Shown here piece after piece: positions 1 to 12,437 of a stretch of 64,000 nt of DNA (within the stretch, counting starts at the first letter, position 1; every line of letters begins with the position of its first letter). The notes beneath the pieces were generated by a model. That model did no database searches. It saw only the letters and a list, made by a program, of their open reading frames with translations, and had not been told where the DNA came from. The position numbers and the translations under genes were made by a program. This stretch comes from Neoechinorhynchus agilis. Its lineage: Eukaryota > Animalia > Acanthocephala. The stretch lies in contig CM121342.1 of the NCBI GenBank assembly GCA_051530055.1, positions 16,250,771-16,314,770 on the forward strand. Reading direction: 5' to 3'.

Positions 1-3000
1 AGGTACTCGTAGACAGCAAAAGTGCAACCAACTTCATTGACTCTGATTTAGTACGGCAGAACAACGCTGTCATTATTGCAATAGGCACGGTCATTTTCAA
101 GCTGTATGCGAGGTAAAGCTGAGAAGTAAAGGAAAAAGCATAGTGTCGACCATCGTCTCAAGTGCTACAAAATGATATGATTCAGCACTCGAGGACTCAA
201 TCATAGATATAGAACTCGATGGGTATGCATCGAAGGTACTCGTAGACAGCAAAAGTGCAACCAACTTCATTGACTCTGATTTAGTACGGCAGAACAACGC
301 TGTCATTATTGCAATAGGCACGGTCATTTTCAAGCTGTATGCGAGGTAAAGCTGAGAAGTAAAGGAAAATGCATAGTGTCGACCATCGTCTCAAGTGCTA
401 CAAAAACGATAAGGTCTCAGCACTCGATGACTCAATCATAGATATAGAACTCGAAGGGTATGCATCGAAGGTACTCGTAGACAGCAAAAGTGCAACCAAC
501 TTCATTGACTCTGATTTAGTACGGCAGAACAATGCTGTCATTATTGCAATAGGCACGGTCATATTCAAGCTGTATGCGAGGTAAAGCTGAGAAGTAAAGG
601 AAAAAGCATTGTGTCGACCATCGTCTCAAGTGCTACAAAATGATATGATTCAGAACTCGAGGACTCAATCGTAGATATAGAACTCGAAGGGTATGCATCG
701 AAGGTACTCGTAGACAGCAAAAGTGCAACCAACTTCATTGACTCTGATTTAGTACGGCAGAACAACGCTGTCATTATTGCAATAGGCACGGTCATTTTCA
801 AGCTGTATGCGAGGTAAAGCTGAGAAGTAAAGGAAAAAGCATAATGTCGACCATCGTCTCAAGTGCTACAAAATGATATGATTCAGCACTCGAGGACTCA
901 ATCATAGATATAGAACTCGATGGGTATGCATCGAAGGTACTCGTAGACAGCAAAAGAGCAACCAACTTCATTGACTCTGATTTAGTACGGCAGAACAACG
1001 CTGTCATTATTGCAATAGGCACGGTCATTTTCAAGCTGTATGCGAGGTAAAGCTGAGAAGTAAAGGAAAAAGCATAATGTCGACCATCGTCTCAAGTGCT
1101 ACAAAATGATATGATTCAGCACTCGAGGACTCAATCATAGATATAGAACTCGAAGGGTATGCATCGAAGGTACTCGTAGACAGCAAAAGTGCAACCAACA
1201 TCATTGACTCTGATTTAGTACGGCAGAACAACGCTGTCATTATTGCAATAGGCACGGTCATTTTCAAGCTGTATGCGAGGTAAAGCTGAGAAGTAAAGGA
1301 AAAAGCATAGTGTCGACCATCGTCTCAAGTGCTACAAAATGATATGATTCAGAACTCGAGGACTCAATCGTAGATATAGAACTCGAAGGGTATGCATCAG
1401 AAGGTACTCGTAGACAGCAAAAGTGCAACCAACATTATTGACTCTGATTTAGTACGGCAGAACAACGCTGTCATTATTGCAATAGGCACTGTCATTTTCA
1501 AGCTGTATGCGAGGTAAAGCTGAGAAGTAAAGGAAAAAGCATTGTGTCGACCACCGTCTCAAGTGCTACAAAATGATATGATTCAGCACTCGAGGACTCA
1601 ATCATAGATATAGAACTCGATGGGTATGCATCGAAGGTACTCGTAGACAGCAAAAGTGCAACCAACTTCATTGACTCTGATTTAGTACGGCAGAACAATG
1701 CTGTCATTATTGCAATAGGCACGGTCATTTTCAAGCTGTATGCGAGGTAAAGCTGAGAAGTAAAGGAAAAAGCATAGTGTCGACCATCGTCTCCAAGTGC
1801 TACAAAATGATATGATTCAGAACTCGAGGACTCAATCGTAGATATAGAACTCGAAGGGTATGCATCGAAGGTACTCGTAGACAGCAAAAGTGCAACCAAC
1901 TTCATTGACTCTGATTTAGTACGGCAGAACAATGCTGTCATTATTGCAATAGGCACCGTCATTTTCAAGCTGTATGCGAGGTAAAGCTGAGAAGTAAAGG
2001 AAAAAGCATAGTGTCGACCATCGTCTCAAGTGCTACAAAATGATATGATTCAGCACTCGAGGACTCAATCGTAGATATAGAACTCGATGGGTATGCATCG
2101 AAGGTACTCGTAGACAGCAAAAGTGCAACCAACTTCATTGACTCTGATTTAGTACGGCAGAACAATGCTGTCATTATTGCAATAGGCACGGTCATTTTCA
2201 AGCTGTATGCGAGGTAAAGCTGAGAAGTAAAGGAAAAAGCATAGTGTCGACCATCGTTCTCAAGTGCTACAAAATGATATGATTCAGCACTCGAGGACTC
2301 AATCATAGATATAGAACTCGATGGGTATGCATCGAAGGTACTCGTAGACAGCAAAAGTGCAACCAACTTCATTGACTCTGATTTAGTACGGCAGAACAAC
2401 GCTGTCATTATTGCAATAGGCACGGTCATTTTCAAGCTGTATGCGAGGTAAAGCTGAGAAGTAAAGGAAAAAGCATAGTGTCGACCATCGTCTCAAGTGC
2501 TACAAAATGATATGATTCAGCACTCGAGGACTCAATCATAGATATAGAACTCGATGGGTATGCATCGAAGGTACTCGTAGACAGCAAAAGTGCAACCAAC
2601 TTCATTGACTCTGATTTAGTACGGCAGAACAACGCTGTCATTATTGCAATAGGCACGGTCATTTTCAAGCTGTATGCGAGGTAAAGCTGAGAAGTAAAGG
2701 AAAAAAGCATAGTGTCGACCATCGTCTCAAGTGCTACAAAATGATATGATTCAGCACTCGAGGACTCAATCGTAGATATAGAACTCGAAGGGTATGCATC
2801 GAAGGTACTCGTAGACAGCAAAAGTGCAACCAACTTCATTGACTCTGATTTAGTACGGCAGAACAATGCTGTCATTATTGCAATAGGCACGGTCATTTTC
2901 AAGCTGTATGCGAGGTAAAGCTGAGAAGTAAAGGAAAAAGCATAGTGTCGACCATCGTCTCAAGTGCTACAAAATGATATGATTCAGCACTCGAGGACTC

Positions 3001-5111
3001 AATCGTAGATATAGAACTCGAAGGGTATGCATCGAAGGTACTCGTAGACAGCAAAAGTGCAACCAACTTCATTGACTCTGATTTAGTACGGCAGAACAAC
3101 GCTGTCATTATTGCAATAGGCACGGTCATTTTCAAGCTGTATGCGAGGTAAAGCTGAGAAGTAAAGGAAAAAGCATAGTGTCGACCATCGTCTCAAGTGC
3201 TACAAAATGATATGATTCAGCACTCGAGGACTCAATCGTAGATATAGAACTCGAAGGGTATGCATCGAAGGTACTCGTAGACAGCAAAAGTGCAACCAAC
3301 TTCATTGACTCTGATTTAGTACGGCAGAACAACGCTGTCATTATTGCAATAGGCACGGTCATTTTCAAGCTGTATGCGAGGTAAAGCTGAGAAGTAAAGG
3401 AAAAAGCATAGTGTCGACCATCGTCTCAAGTGCTACAAAATGATATGATTCAGCACTCGAGGACTCAATCGTAGATATAGAACTCGATGGGTATGCATCG
3501 AAGGTACTCGTAGACAGCAAAAGTGCAACCAACTTCATTGACTCTGATTTAGTACGGCAGAACAACGCTGTCATTATTGCAATAGGCACGGTCATTTTCA
3601 AGCTGTATGCGAGGTAAAGCTGAGAAGTAAAGGAAAAAGCATAGTGTCGACCATCGTCTCAAGTGCTACAAAATGATATGATTCAGCACTCGAGGACTCA
3701 ATCGTAGATATAGAACTCGATGGGTATGCATCGAAGGTACTCGTAGACAGCAAAAGTGCAACCAACTTCATTGACTCTGATTTAGTACGGCAGAACAACG
3801 CTGTCATTATTGCAATAGGCACGGTCATTTTCAAGCTGTATGCGAGGTAAAGCTGAGAAGTAAAGGAAAAAGCATAGTGTCGACCATCGTCTCAAGTGCT
3901 ACAAAATGATATGATTCAGCACTCGAGGACTCAATCATAGATATAGAACTCGATGGGTATGCATCGAAGGTACTCGTAGACAGCAAAAGTGCAACCAACT
4001 TCATTGACTCTGATTTAGTACGGCAGAACAACGCTGTCATTATTGCAATAGGCACGGTCATTTTCAAGCTGTATGCGAGGTAAAGCTGAGAAGTAAAGGA
4101 AAAAGCATAGTGTCGACCATCGTCTCAAGTGCTACAAAATGATATGATTCAGCACTCGAGGACTCAATCGTAGATATAGAACTCGATGGGTATGCATCGA
4201 AGGTACTCGTAGACAGCAAAAGTGCAACCAACTTCATTGACTCTGATTTAGTACGGCAGAACAATGCTGTCATTATTGCAATAGGCACGGTCATTTTCAA
4301 GCTGTATGCGAGGTAAAGCTGAGAAGTAAAGGAAAAAGCATAGTGTCGACCATCGTCTCAAGTGCTACAAAATGATATGATTCAGCACTCGAGGACTCAA
4401 TCGTAGATATAGAACTCGATGGGTATGCATCGAAGGTACTCGTAGACAGCAAAAGTGCAACCAACTTCATTGACTCTGATTTAGTACGGCAGAACAATGC
4501 TGTCATTATTGCAATAGGCACGGGTCATTTTCAAGCTGTATGCGAGGTAAAGCTGAGAAGTAAAGGAAAAAGCATAGTGTCGACCATCGTCTCAAGTGCT
4601 ACAAAATGATATGATTCAGCACTCGAGGACTCAATCGTAGATATAGAACTCGATGGGTATGCATCGAAGGTACTCGTAGACAGCAAAAGTGCAACCAACT
4701 TCATTGACTCTGATTTAGTACGGCAGAACAACGCTGTCATTATTGCAATAGGCACGGTCATTTTCAAGCTGTATGCGAGGTAAAGCTGAGAAGTAAAGGA
4801 AAAAGCATAGTGTCGACCATCGTCTCAAGTGCTACAAAATGATATGATTCAGCACTCGAGGACTCGGTACCGTATAGTGAACTCGATGGGTATGCATCGA
4901 AGGTACTCGTAGACAGCAAAAGTGCAACCAACTTCATTGCATCGAAGGTACTCGTAGACAGCAAAAGTGCAACCAACTTCATTGACTCTGATTTAGTACG
5001 GCAGAACAACGCTGTCATTATTGCAATAGGCACCGTCATTTTCAAGCTGTATGCGAGGTAAAGCTGAGAAGTAAAGGATAAAGCATAGTGTCGACCATCG
5101 TCTCAAGTGCT
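1..5111 (+). repeat. 233-bp tandem satellite, about 22 copies, derived from the gag zinc-knuckle/aspartic protease junction of an LTR retrotransposon
   Basis: ORF-track hits recur every 233 bp. One monomer reads GHFQAVC-EVKLRSKGKSIVSTIVSSATK*YDSALEDSIIDIELEGYASKVLVDSKSATNFIDSDLVRQNNAVIIAIGTV, i.e. the end of a CCHC knuckle plus a retropepsin-like VLVDS(G>K) motif. Confidence 0.95.
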
Positions 5112-5641
5112 GATCCAGGGCAAGCACTGCTACTGGAGAAACTCCACATGATTGAGTTTTTCAATATAAAAGGAAACCTATGCTTAAATTCAGTTTGCTG
5201 AGTTGGATTAAACCAAGCCCTGTTTATGTCAGAAAATTCAATATAACGAACAAGAACGATGACAAAGTGGAGGAAGCTACAATAAAAGGTATAAATCCTT
5301 ACAATGCACTCATTCGGTACAAAGATGGCAAGGAAGGTGTAATCTCGACCAGAGATCTGCCTCGACATCCACATAATCGGAGTACTAATGAAGAAATGGA
5401 TAATTCTAACGATTCCTGAAAAATCGATGAACCAGATTCGAATAACGATACTGGCCATGCAAACGCAGGAGGTTCAGACCGAACAGGTGTAGAAGGAAAT
5501 CTCGACAAGACGTCTCTATGTGAAGGTGCGGAGGATGATACTGGAGCGAATAATGAGGACAACAGGAATCAGCGATTTGTACGCCGAGGGAAAAGGATAC
5601 GGAGACCTCCCCCGTACCTCGAACAATATCAGTGGAGAAGA
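5112..5641 (+). mobile_element. Ty3/Gypsy integrase C-terminal remnant with purine-rich tract
   Basis: One frame reads STATGETPHD*VFQYKRKPMLKFSLLSWIKPSPVYVRKF...INPYNALIRYKDGKEGVISTRDLP, typical of a Gypsy integrase C-terminus. Downstream RRPPPYLEQY and AGTGGAGAAGAA precede TGTAG. Confidence 0.75.
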
Positions 5642-5760
5642 ATGTAGTGATAACCTACTCGACGTTGCATTTAGTGATAACCTACAGATCGAGGAGCGTG
5701 CTCAATTGAACGCTTAGAATTGGGTACTGCAATGCCTAGGAGATTAAGTTAAAAAAAATT
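5642..5760 (+). mobile_element. Probable start of a 3' LTR (end not defined)
   Basis: TGTAGTGATAACC begins immediately after the purine tract; TAGTGATAACCTA is repeated internally. Confidence 0.5.
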
Positions 5761-5836
5761 TAAATGGAAGATATCGTTGATTCTTAACGTCGTTCAAACG
5801 CAGAAAAAGGGATGATTTTTTAGATTTAAGCATGAA

Positions 5837-6412
5837 TTACGTTGATAAATTCATAAGCTGGTAAAGAACGTCATTTTCTTCCATTATGCTCGACTCCATC
5901 CTTATCTCTGCGTCGTACATTAGTTCAAGTTCCTTATAGACTTTATATGCCAGATACTCAATAAACAATCGAATCAATAAGGATGGGATGGCTATTACTG
6001 TGAACACTGCGCTGTGCTTCACATCAAATGCCAATAAGGTGCCTATGGCAATTCCAAACGCCAATGCGGTTTGGGCAACAAAGATGATAAGTGGTACAAA
6101 GAGTCGAAGCTTTCTGTGACTCGCAAAGATCCCAGTTCTGATACTCGAGAAAATAACAATGGCGATCGTCGGAACACTGAAGTATTTGTATATTTCTGAA
6201 TATTGTATCGGTTGTTCTTGGCTCGTCGAATTAGCCGAAAAGTGGAGTAACGAAAATGTGACGGCCAAGCAGATAACCAAGTAGACGTGTAGGATAGTCA
6301 ATGCAAACAATCGAGTTCGCCTGAAACATTTTAACCCAATCGCCATTTCGTCGAAAGGGAAGCTTAGCAATGTTAGGAAAGTCAAGCAAACTATGAGAAA
6401 GTGCAATGTCAT
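5837..6412 (-). CDS. Hypothetical multi-pass membrane protein (191 aa)
   Basis: Uninterrupted ORF with several hydrophobic segments; no family recognised. Confidence 0.55.
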   Translation of the reverse strand: MTLHFLIVCLTFLTLLSFPFDEMAIGLKCFRRTRLFALTILHVYLVICLAVTFSLLHFSANSTSQEQPIQYSEIYKYFSVPTIAIVIFSSIRTGIFASHRKLRLFVPLIIFVAQTALAFGIAIGTLLAFDVKHSAVFTVIAIPSLLIRLFIEYLAYKVYKELELMYDAEIRMESSIMEENDVLYQLMNLST

Positions 6413-6507
6413 TTTAAAGCGTCAAAAGAAAAACTAAAGATTATGTGAGACGCACAATTTATCACCAAACTTACACCACAATCTCATCATTCATGGTCTC
6501 CCTTTCA

Positions 6508-6825
6508 TTAGTCGAAAAACTGCAACGTGGGTAAGCTTGCCACATATCGTGCTATGCTTAACGCTCGCTCGTAGTTTTCCTTAGCTTGCTCATATTGCTC
6601 AAATTGTTTCCTGGTGGTAGTTGAGACGGCACGAGAATTGATGGAATCAATTCTTTGCAGGGTTTGGTCGAAATAGCGCTCAATTGCTTCCATGCGAGCG
6701 TTGATGGCTTCTTTTTGTTCGTCTTTTGTCCCAAATTCTACCTTCCCTTTCCGAATGGCTAGTATATCCGCAACATGTTCGAATAAGTGACTCATCCGTC
6801 TCTTCTCTTCGTTCAAATCCATCAA
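6508..6825 (-). CDS. Hypothetical coiled-coil protein (105 aa)
   Basis: ATG-initiated ORF with charged helical composition. Confidence 0.45.
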   Translation of the reverse strand: MMDLNEEKRRMSHLFEHVADILAIRKGKVEFGTKDEQKEAINARMEAIERYFDQTLQRIDSINSRAVSTTTRKQFEQYEQAKENYERALSIARYVASLPTLQFFD

Positions 6826-7840
6826 TGTCTAAAACTCTTAATGGACGACCTTGAGCGTTGCGTTACATGTGTAGAAGGTGATCGGATATAATCAAAAGTC
6901 CGTTCACACAGTGATCCCTCAATAAAGTTCAAATTAAAATCAAGAATTAAAAGTCTTGCTGGTGTAGAATAGCTGAAAGGTCTTAAAAAAGTTCCGTCAG
7001 TTATTTATTTGGTTTCTGATTTAAATTCCTTTCCACTACCCAACATGTAAATCTTTAACGTACAATATTCAATTTCACGCTTTCAAAATAAACTTGTAGT
7101 CACAATTTATAAAAGTAAATAAAAATCAGATCAGTGAAACAAAATCTTGGAAGTCGTGTATAATGGCTAAATCTACGTTAAACAAAAAACGACCGAGACC
7201 TTAAAATAATTAATTTTTTTTAATCCCAAGCAGTACAAGGCATAAATGTCTCGTAAATTGCCTGCTTTAGGCACTTTGGAAATATTCGAAGCAGGTGAGT
7301 TTGCCAAAAAAACAACCTAATAATAAAAATTTAAATATGAAAGGTTTATTTAACAATAGGGACGAAGTGATGCATAGAGATGTTTTTAATTAAACTGTAG
7401 AGTTCATAGTTGCAAAAACGGATGCAATGAAAAGGTTGTAAATTGATAAGTTTCCATTTTTTATACGTGTACAAGTGTTCAGAAGATAGCTGAGTTATGA
7501 GACTAAATAATGAAGAGACTTCTAAAATAGTGAAAATATCTAGGGAACGTGATTATTTGTAATTTTTCTGAAGACGAAAAATATTTGAGCATAAAATGTA
7601 TAGGACCATTTAAAGCAAATATGAAGATTCATGGTTCACGAGGAACGAAGGTTTATGTTCAAACAGCATAAATTATTGAGGAACCAGTGAATTTCACAGA
7701 ATAAAATGCATCGACCTGCTCATAAACTTTCCTATGGAGCATTTACTATACAATCTGAGCGGCCGTGAATCACGCTCTTACTCTCTCTCTAAGGAAATTC
7801 TAGGGTGCACTAGAGCGCACAAAGTAAGTGTATCCTTCGA

Positions 7841-8347
7841 ATGGAGAACAAATTATTCCAAGATGGCGTAGTGGCCTATTATGACACCCGGAAAATCAAG
7901 AGGTCGGATAACGCTCAACAGATTTCAGTGCCTATATTTAAAAACGGAAATGTCGTCAAGTGGACAATGAAGTCCAGAAATCAATCGACGGGAGATCAAA
8001 TGACAGCGAAGCTTGAAAGTGCTAAAAAGAAAGTTACTTTCACCGAAACACCAAAGGCTATAGATAATCTAACATACATGCAGCAATCAAAAATAGAAAC
8101 GAATGTCCGAGGTGCAAAATCCGTGGAACACGAGAGCCCGATATCAGTAAGGGGAAGAAAAGAGCTTGAAATGCGATCAGATCAAAGTAGATATGTGAAG
8201 GACGGAACCACTCAAACGGCTAACATCAATGATTTAAAAGCAAATGCGCAATCCATTACCAATTATGCCCAAGTGAAGGATGATGTAGGATACGATGATT
8301 CAGAAGGAAATTCGGGTTATCTAGCGAGCATTCCAAACGCTCTATGA
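7841..8347 (+). CDS. Hypothetical protein exon (hydrophilic, 168 aa)
   Basis: Long open frame; a nearby GTAAGT donor upstream suggests additional exons. Confidence 0.4.
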   Translation: MENKLFQDGVVAYYDTRKIKRSDNAQQISVPIFKNGNVVKWTMKSRNQSTGDQMTAKLESAKKKVTFTETPKAIDNLTYMQQSKIETNVRGAKSVEHESPISVRGRKELEMRSDQSRYVKDGTTQTANINDLKANAQSITNYAQVKDDVGYDDSEGNSGYLASIPNAL

Positions 8348-8726
8348 TCATCATTTCACTTTTAGCTAATTGATAATTATTTATCCGAACTTCCCAATGG
8401 TTATCACCCTTCTATTTAACGCTGAATGGCTATTCTTTTTACTTCCCGTCCTTATGGCTAGTCATGCTCCAAGTCACAATTCTGCCTAGAATAAAGTAGT
8501 GACCAATGCGCTAAGGGCTTTCTCGGTTTTAATAAAGACTGCCACTAATACCACTAACATAGTTTGGGCACTGTGAAAATAACGCTTACGAAGGCAGTTT
8601 CTAAGCCGAGCAAATATCCAGGAAGAGAATTGGACTAAAGATAGGCGCTCCGGATCTTTAATGGCAAAACTTTGTTGTACCCCGTTTGCGGTCCTTGCAT
8701 ACAAGTGGAAATGATCGTCTTTAAAC

Positions 8727-9417
8727 ATGAAAGTATTCAGACCACGAATTGTGACAGAGCATGTTAAAACGAAAAATTTGGTACCAAAACATCAAATCGA
8801 TAATTCGGGCTACAGTCATGAAGAAGGTATGCTTAGAAAATTGAATTTTAGTTCTTAGTCTTTGAGGTGATGATTGTGACAACGATCATCAAAATAGAAC
8901 ACCTTACAAACAACCTCCGACAATTTCGTACCTGAGTCAGAATAAGTCGGCAATAGGGACCGAATGTAAGCTTGTTTTTCCTTCTTGCCTACATATTCTT
9001 GGTGTTCCCATGAGTGTAGATCCAGAAACGTCTGAAACACTGGATATGAGACATCGGGCAACTGAACCAATTAAACTTGTTAATGCTGACTCGATTGAAA
9101 ACTCTAATTTAACCGGATATTCCGTCAACTATAAGGGCAGCAGTGTTGCAAAACCACCTCAAATCAATCCATTTTTGAACGAAATCAAAGTAATTAAGAA
9201 CGAACCGCTAGTAACCGACATCAATCTGCTTTATCCGGATATAAACAAAGACGATACATTTGTTGGAGTGAACCACCAGTTCGAAAATGCATTTGATAAA
9301 TCTCATCACTCGCATGACGACAGTCAGTTGGACACATTTAACCAATTTTTTAATGAGCACCAAAGTACGAGTTCGAGAAATATATTTAAACGGTTCAAAA
9401 ATTGCCAACTGCAATAA
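8727..9417 (+). CDS. Hypothetical three-exon protein
   Basis: ATG at 8727; two short GT-AG introns (GTATGC...TTTGAG and GTAAGC...TGTAG) join the frames into the 9010-9417 ORF. Confidence 0.45.
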
Positions 9418-10226
9418 ACGGAAACTTCATTTTTGTCACTAATCTAAGATAAATACGGCTTTAATGTTTGTTGTGCAGCAAGGAACCACTAGCCCTGTAA
9501 ATGGGAATTATTTTTTAAAGAACTTCCAAAAGGTCACATACTCGGGGCTATGTGGGCACGAAATTCGATTGGCATTCGAATCAGAGAAATTGCTATTTCG
9601 GCAAAAAATGGTTAATTCGATGGCGAAGACTTAAGTGCTGCTAAAATAAGAAATTATCAACGATTTGAAATACAATTCGTATGAAAATTGTACGGATCAG
9701 CTACAATACTCACTTATTGTCACGTTAACTCCTTTCAGGATGATGAACTTTCAGAGACTGTAGTAAAAAGGGAACAAATAGCAGGGTCGTGTTCAAAAGG
9801 TTTAAAAGGCTCCCGGCCATGTAGCCAATTTACAGAAAACTTGTTCGATTTGCGAAAATTGAATAGTTTGCAATAAGTACGAATACTTTAATAGTTAAAT
9901 TGCTGCAGAAGTATGAAGCGTGTTCTAAACCCAATACTTCATCAAGATTATTGAAAAAACAAGGAAATATCAACGAGAACTGCCAGTTCGATCGGAAATC
10001 CACGAAACCACCATTTAATGCAGAAGAATGTGTTGCTCTTTAAAATCAACTTCTATTCATTGAACCGGAAACGATGTAAATTGCACATTGGCCCCGTTGC
10101 AATAACAATGATCACGCTGATTTATTGATTTCTTCTAATTATTGTCGAATCTTTGGGATTTTGGACTCAAAGATTATTTTAACTCCTTGGTTTCACCAAT
10201 TTCATTAAGTATTTTAAGATCTAGAC

Positions 10227-10815
10227 ATGCGGTATCCTCGAAATATGTAAGGTACTTTGAATGTCGATTCAAAAAGTATTCAGTTCAAATAATTCAGCAA
10301 TTTTCTTTATCTGAACAAGACTCCTCGATACCCGCTGTGGCAACCCAATGATCCACGGCATCGCTTATTTCTTCCTCAATTCTGGATGCGTTTAATGAGT
10401 GGCCGACATTTGGATAATAATCCGCTGCCACCTTTTACATTGACAATGGAGTGTCATATTGAGATGACCAAATCGGATATCAAACAGTATCTCGAGAAGA
10501 TCTATAACATTGGCGTCTTGGACGTTAACACGGAAATAGTAGCAGGTTAGCTTTTTGACTCTAACACCACCCTAAGGTTAAGGTTTTACAGGCAAAGAAA
10601 ATCGTAACCCGCGTGGAGGATTCGCTCCACCGGACAATCCACGTAAATTCGCTTATGTTCAATTGGTGAGTAAGGGAATTACATTAGTAGTGATCGTTCC
10701 TGGAGTCTCTTTTTGAGTATCCTTTCCTGAATAACTTCGTAGAGTTTTTCAACCGACAAACACATAACCATTTAGCTTATGCGTGGCTCAGCCGGCCATA
10801 TTTGTCAGGGTAAAT
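10227..10815 (+). CDS. MRPL23: Mitochondrial ribosomal protein uL23m, multi-exon (3' end uncertain)
   Basis: Translated exons: RYPLWQPNDPRHRLFLPQFWMRL...EMTKSDIKQYLEKIYNIGVLDVNTEIVAG|KENR...RKFAYVQL; short GT-AG introns. Confidence 0.75.
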
Positions 10816-12067
10816 GAAGTTATCAATACACGGCTGATTTCTTGGGCACGCAACCCACCAATTTGAAAGCTTGACACTATGCAGAACGGTCAGAGTTTGT
10901 ATATTCCGTAGATGTGCCGAAACCTCGAATCCCTGTTTAAGTGGGTCAAAAGGCTTTAAATTCCACGATCATTGAGGTGAAGGGAACACCCGTACGGTTA
11001 GTGGGTATTTAGCACAGACTAGCACTTTCCTGACCAAGATTGGTGGTGGCTGTGTTGTACCCAGGAAATCAGTCGTATATGGATAAATTAATTTACATTG
11101 ATAAACACAAAACAATTCCTGCGATCCCACGTTTTAAGTTAAATGAAGTAGGCAGTGTATCGAAATTCATAGTCCGTACTTCCTAGCCCATTAGGTCAAT
11201 AACTTCTGTATCCATATCTTACCCATTGCTTTTTGTCTAGCGAGAAGAACTAAACTTTCAATTTCCTGACATCTTTGCTAAGAAGTTCAGTCGGTCAAGC
11301 GAACGATCTCTCACACAATACGCAAAGACAAGGAATAACGCCGTTGAACAAATGAATCAAGCACTCGTAGAATATTGCATCTCACTAGGCTCGCTTGAGA
11401 AGCTTTATTATAAATCCTCATATTGGATCGTGGTTTGCTTGAAAAAAAAACCTTTTTTGCGAGCGGCACTGGGTACCGTCAACGTGCTGTTGGCACATTG
11501 GCATTTTAAGTATAGAGCAATCACAGCTCTTTATTACCTCTCCTGATCAAAGCGTATCTTCATCTATGTGACCGTTCTCGAACCAATCTTTATTTCGAAA
11601 CTAGGTTAGCTCATCATGTACGATTCGAATAAAACTTATAATTTTTATCGAGGATTGCATTCGGGAGTTTAAATATGTTGTTATTTGCGTCGATAGCCAA
11701 CATACGAAAGGAATGGTCCTCCTTAGGACAAACATTAGCCGATCTTTACAGTCTTATTGGGAGAGTGACATGTAAAAGTAGAATTTTTGGTCTGATAAAA
11801 TGGTGGTGGTGATACGTCGACGAAATTTTCTGCGTTTTTAAATCTGATCCCGGACTACTTCCACTCACTCACCCGCGCAGATTAAACACTTAAACAGCCA
11901 TGACAAAGTCATGAGATTGTGCCGAAATATCGGATTTAATAAATTCCTCTATTTTTGTGCAAAAACATGTATAAACGATCCACCAAATGACTTTATAAGA
12001 TTTTCATTAAACAATCAAAACGCATATCAACCATTCCACCACAATTTCTACCGCATATCGCCCCTTT

Positions 12068-12286
12068 TCACACGAGCACAACACTCGTAATTCCAATTCG
12101 TTTCATCATCTCTCGATCTCGCACCTCCCTATACCTACGCTCCTTTCTCCATGCTGCCCAATCTTGTCGGATATCATGATTAGAAGTGAACATGAGGAAA
12201 TACCCAACCTCACAAACTCTCCTACAAACAAAAGCCAATAATTCCGACCCCACCGAATCCATTCCAAAATCAACAACCGCATTCAT
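12068..12286 (-). CDS. Possible small protein (72 aa)
   Basis: ATG ORF with a hydrophobic stretch followed by a charged tail; weak support. Confidence 0.2.
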   Translation of the reverse strand: MNAVVDFGMDSVGSELLAFVCRRVCEVGYFLMFTSNHDIRQDWAAWRKERRYREVRDREMMKRIGITSVVLV

Positions 12287-12437
12287 TTAACAAATCAGAA
12301 CTGGTGTGTTCATGATTACCCAAAGGAGCATGGTTCCTTTTCTTGTTTATTAATAAAACGTGCTATTATTATTATTGTTTTGGATACCGGAAGGAAAAAT
12401 AATTTTTTGAAATTATTCTTAATGTGGTCACACGGAA

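Noticed and set aside
97-5045. Repeated 78-aa minus-strand ORFs (MKMTVPIAIM...)
   Set aside because: They are the antisense frame of the satellite monomer; the meaningful homology is on the plus strand and is interrupted.
6412-6500. Possible upstream exon or TA element for the 5837-6412 gene
   Set aside because: All frames after the available AG hit stops, and the inverted match is not symmetric.
8340-8720. Possible TA-hairpin interruptions in a putative membrane-protein exon series
   Set aside because: Pairing is weak or off-register and there is no recognised protein to define the correct junction.
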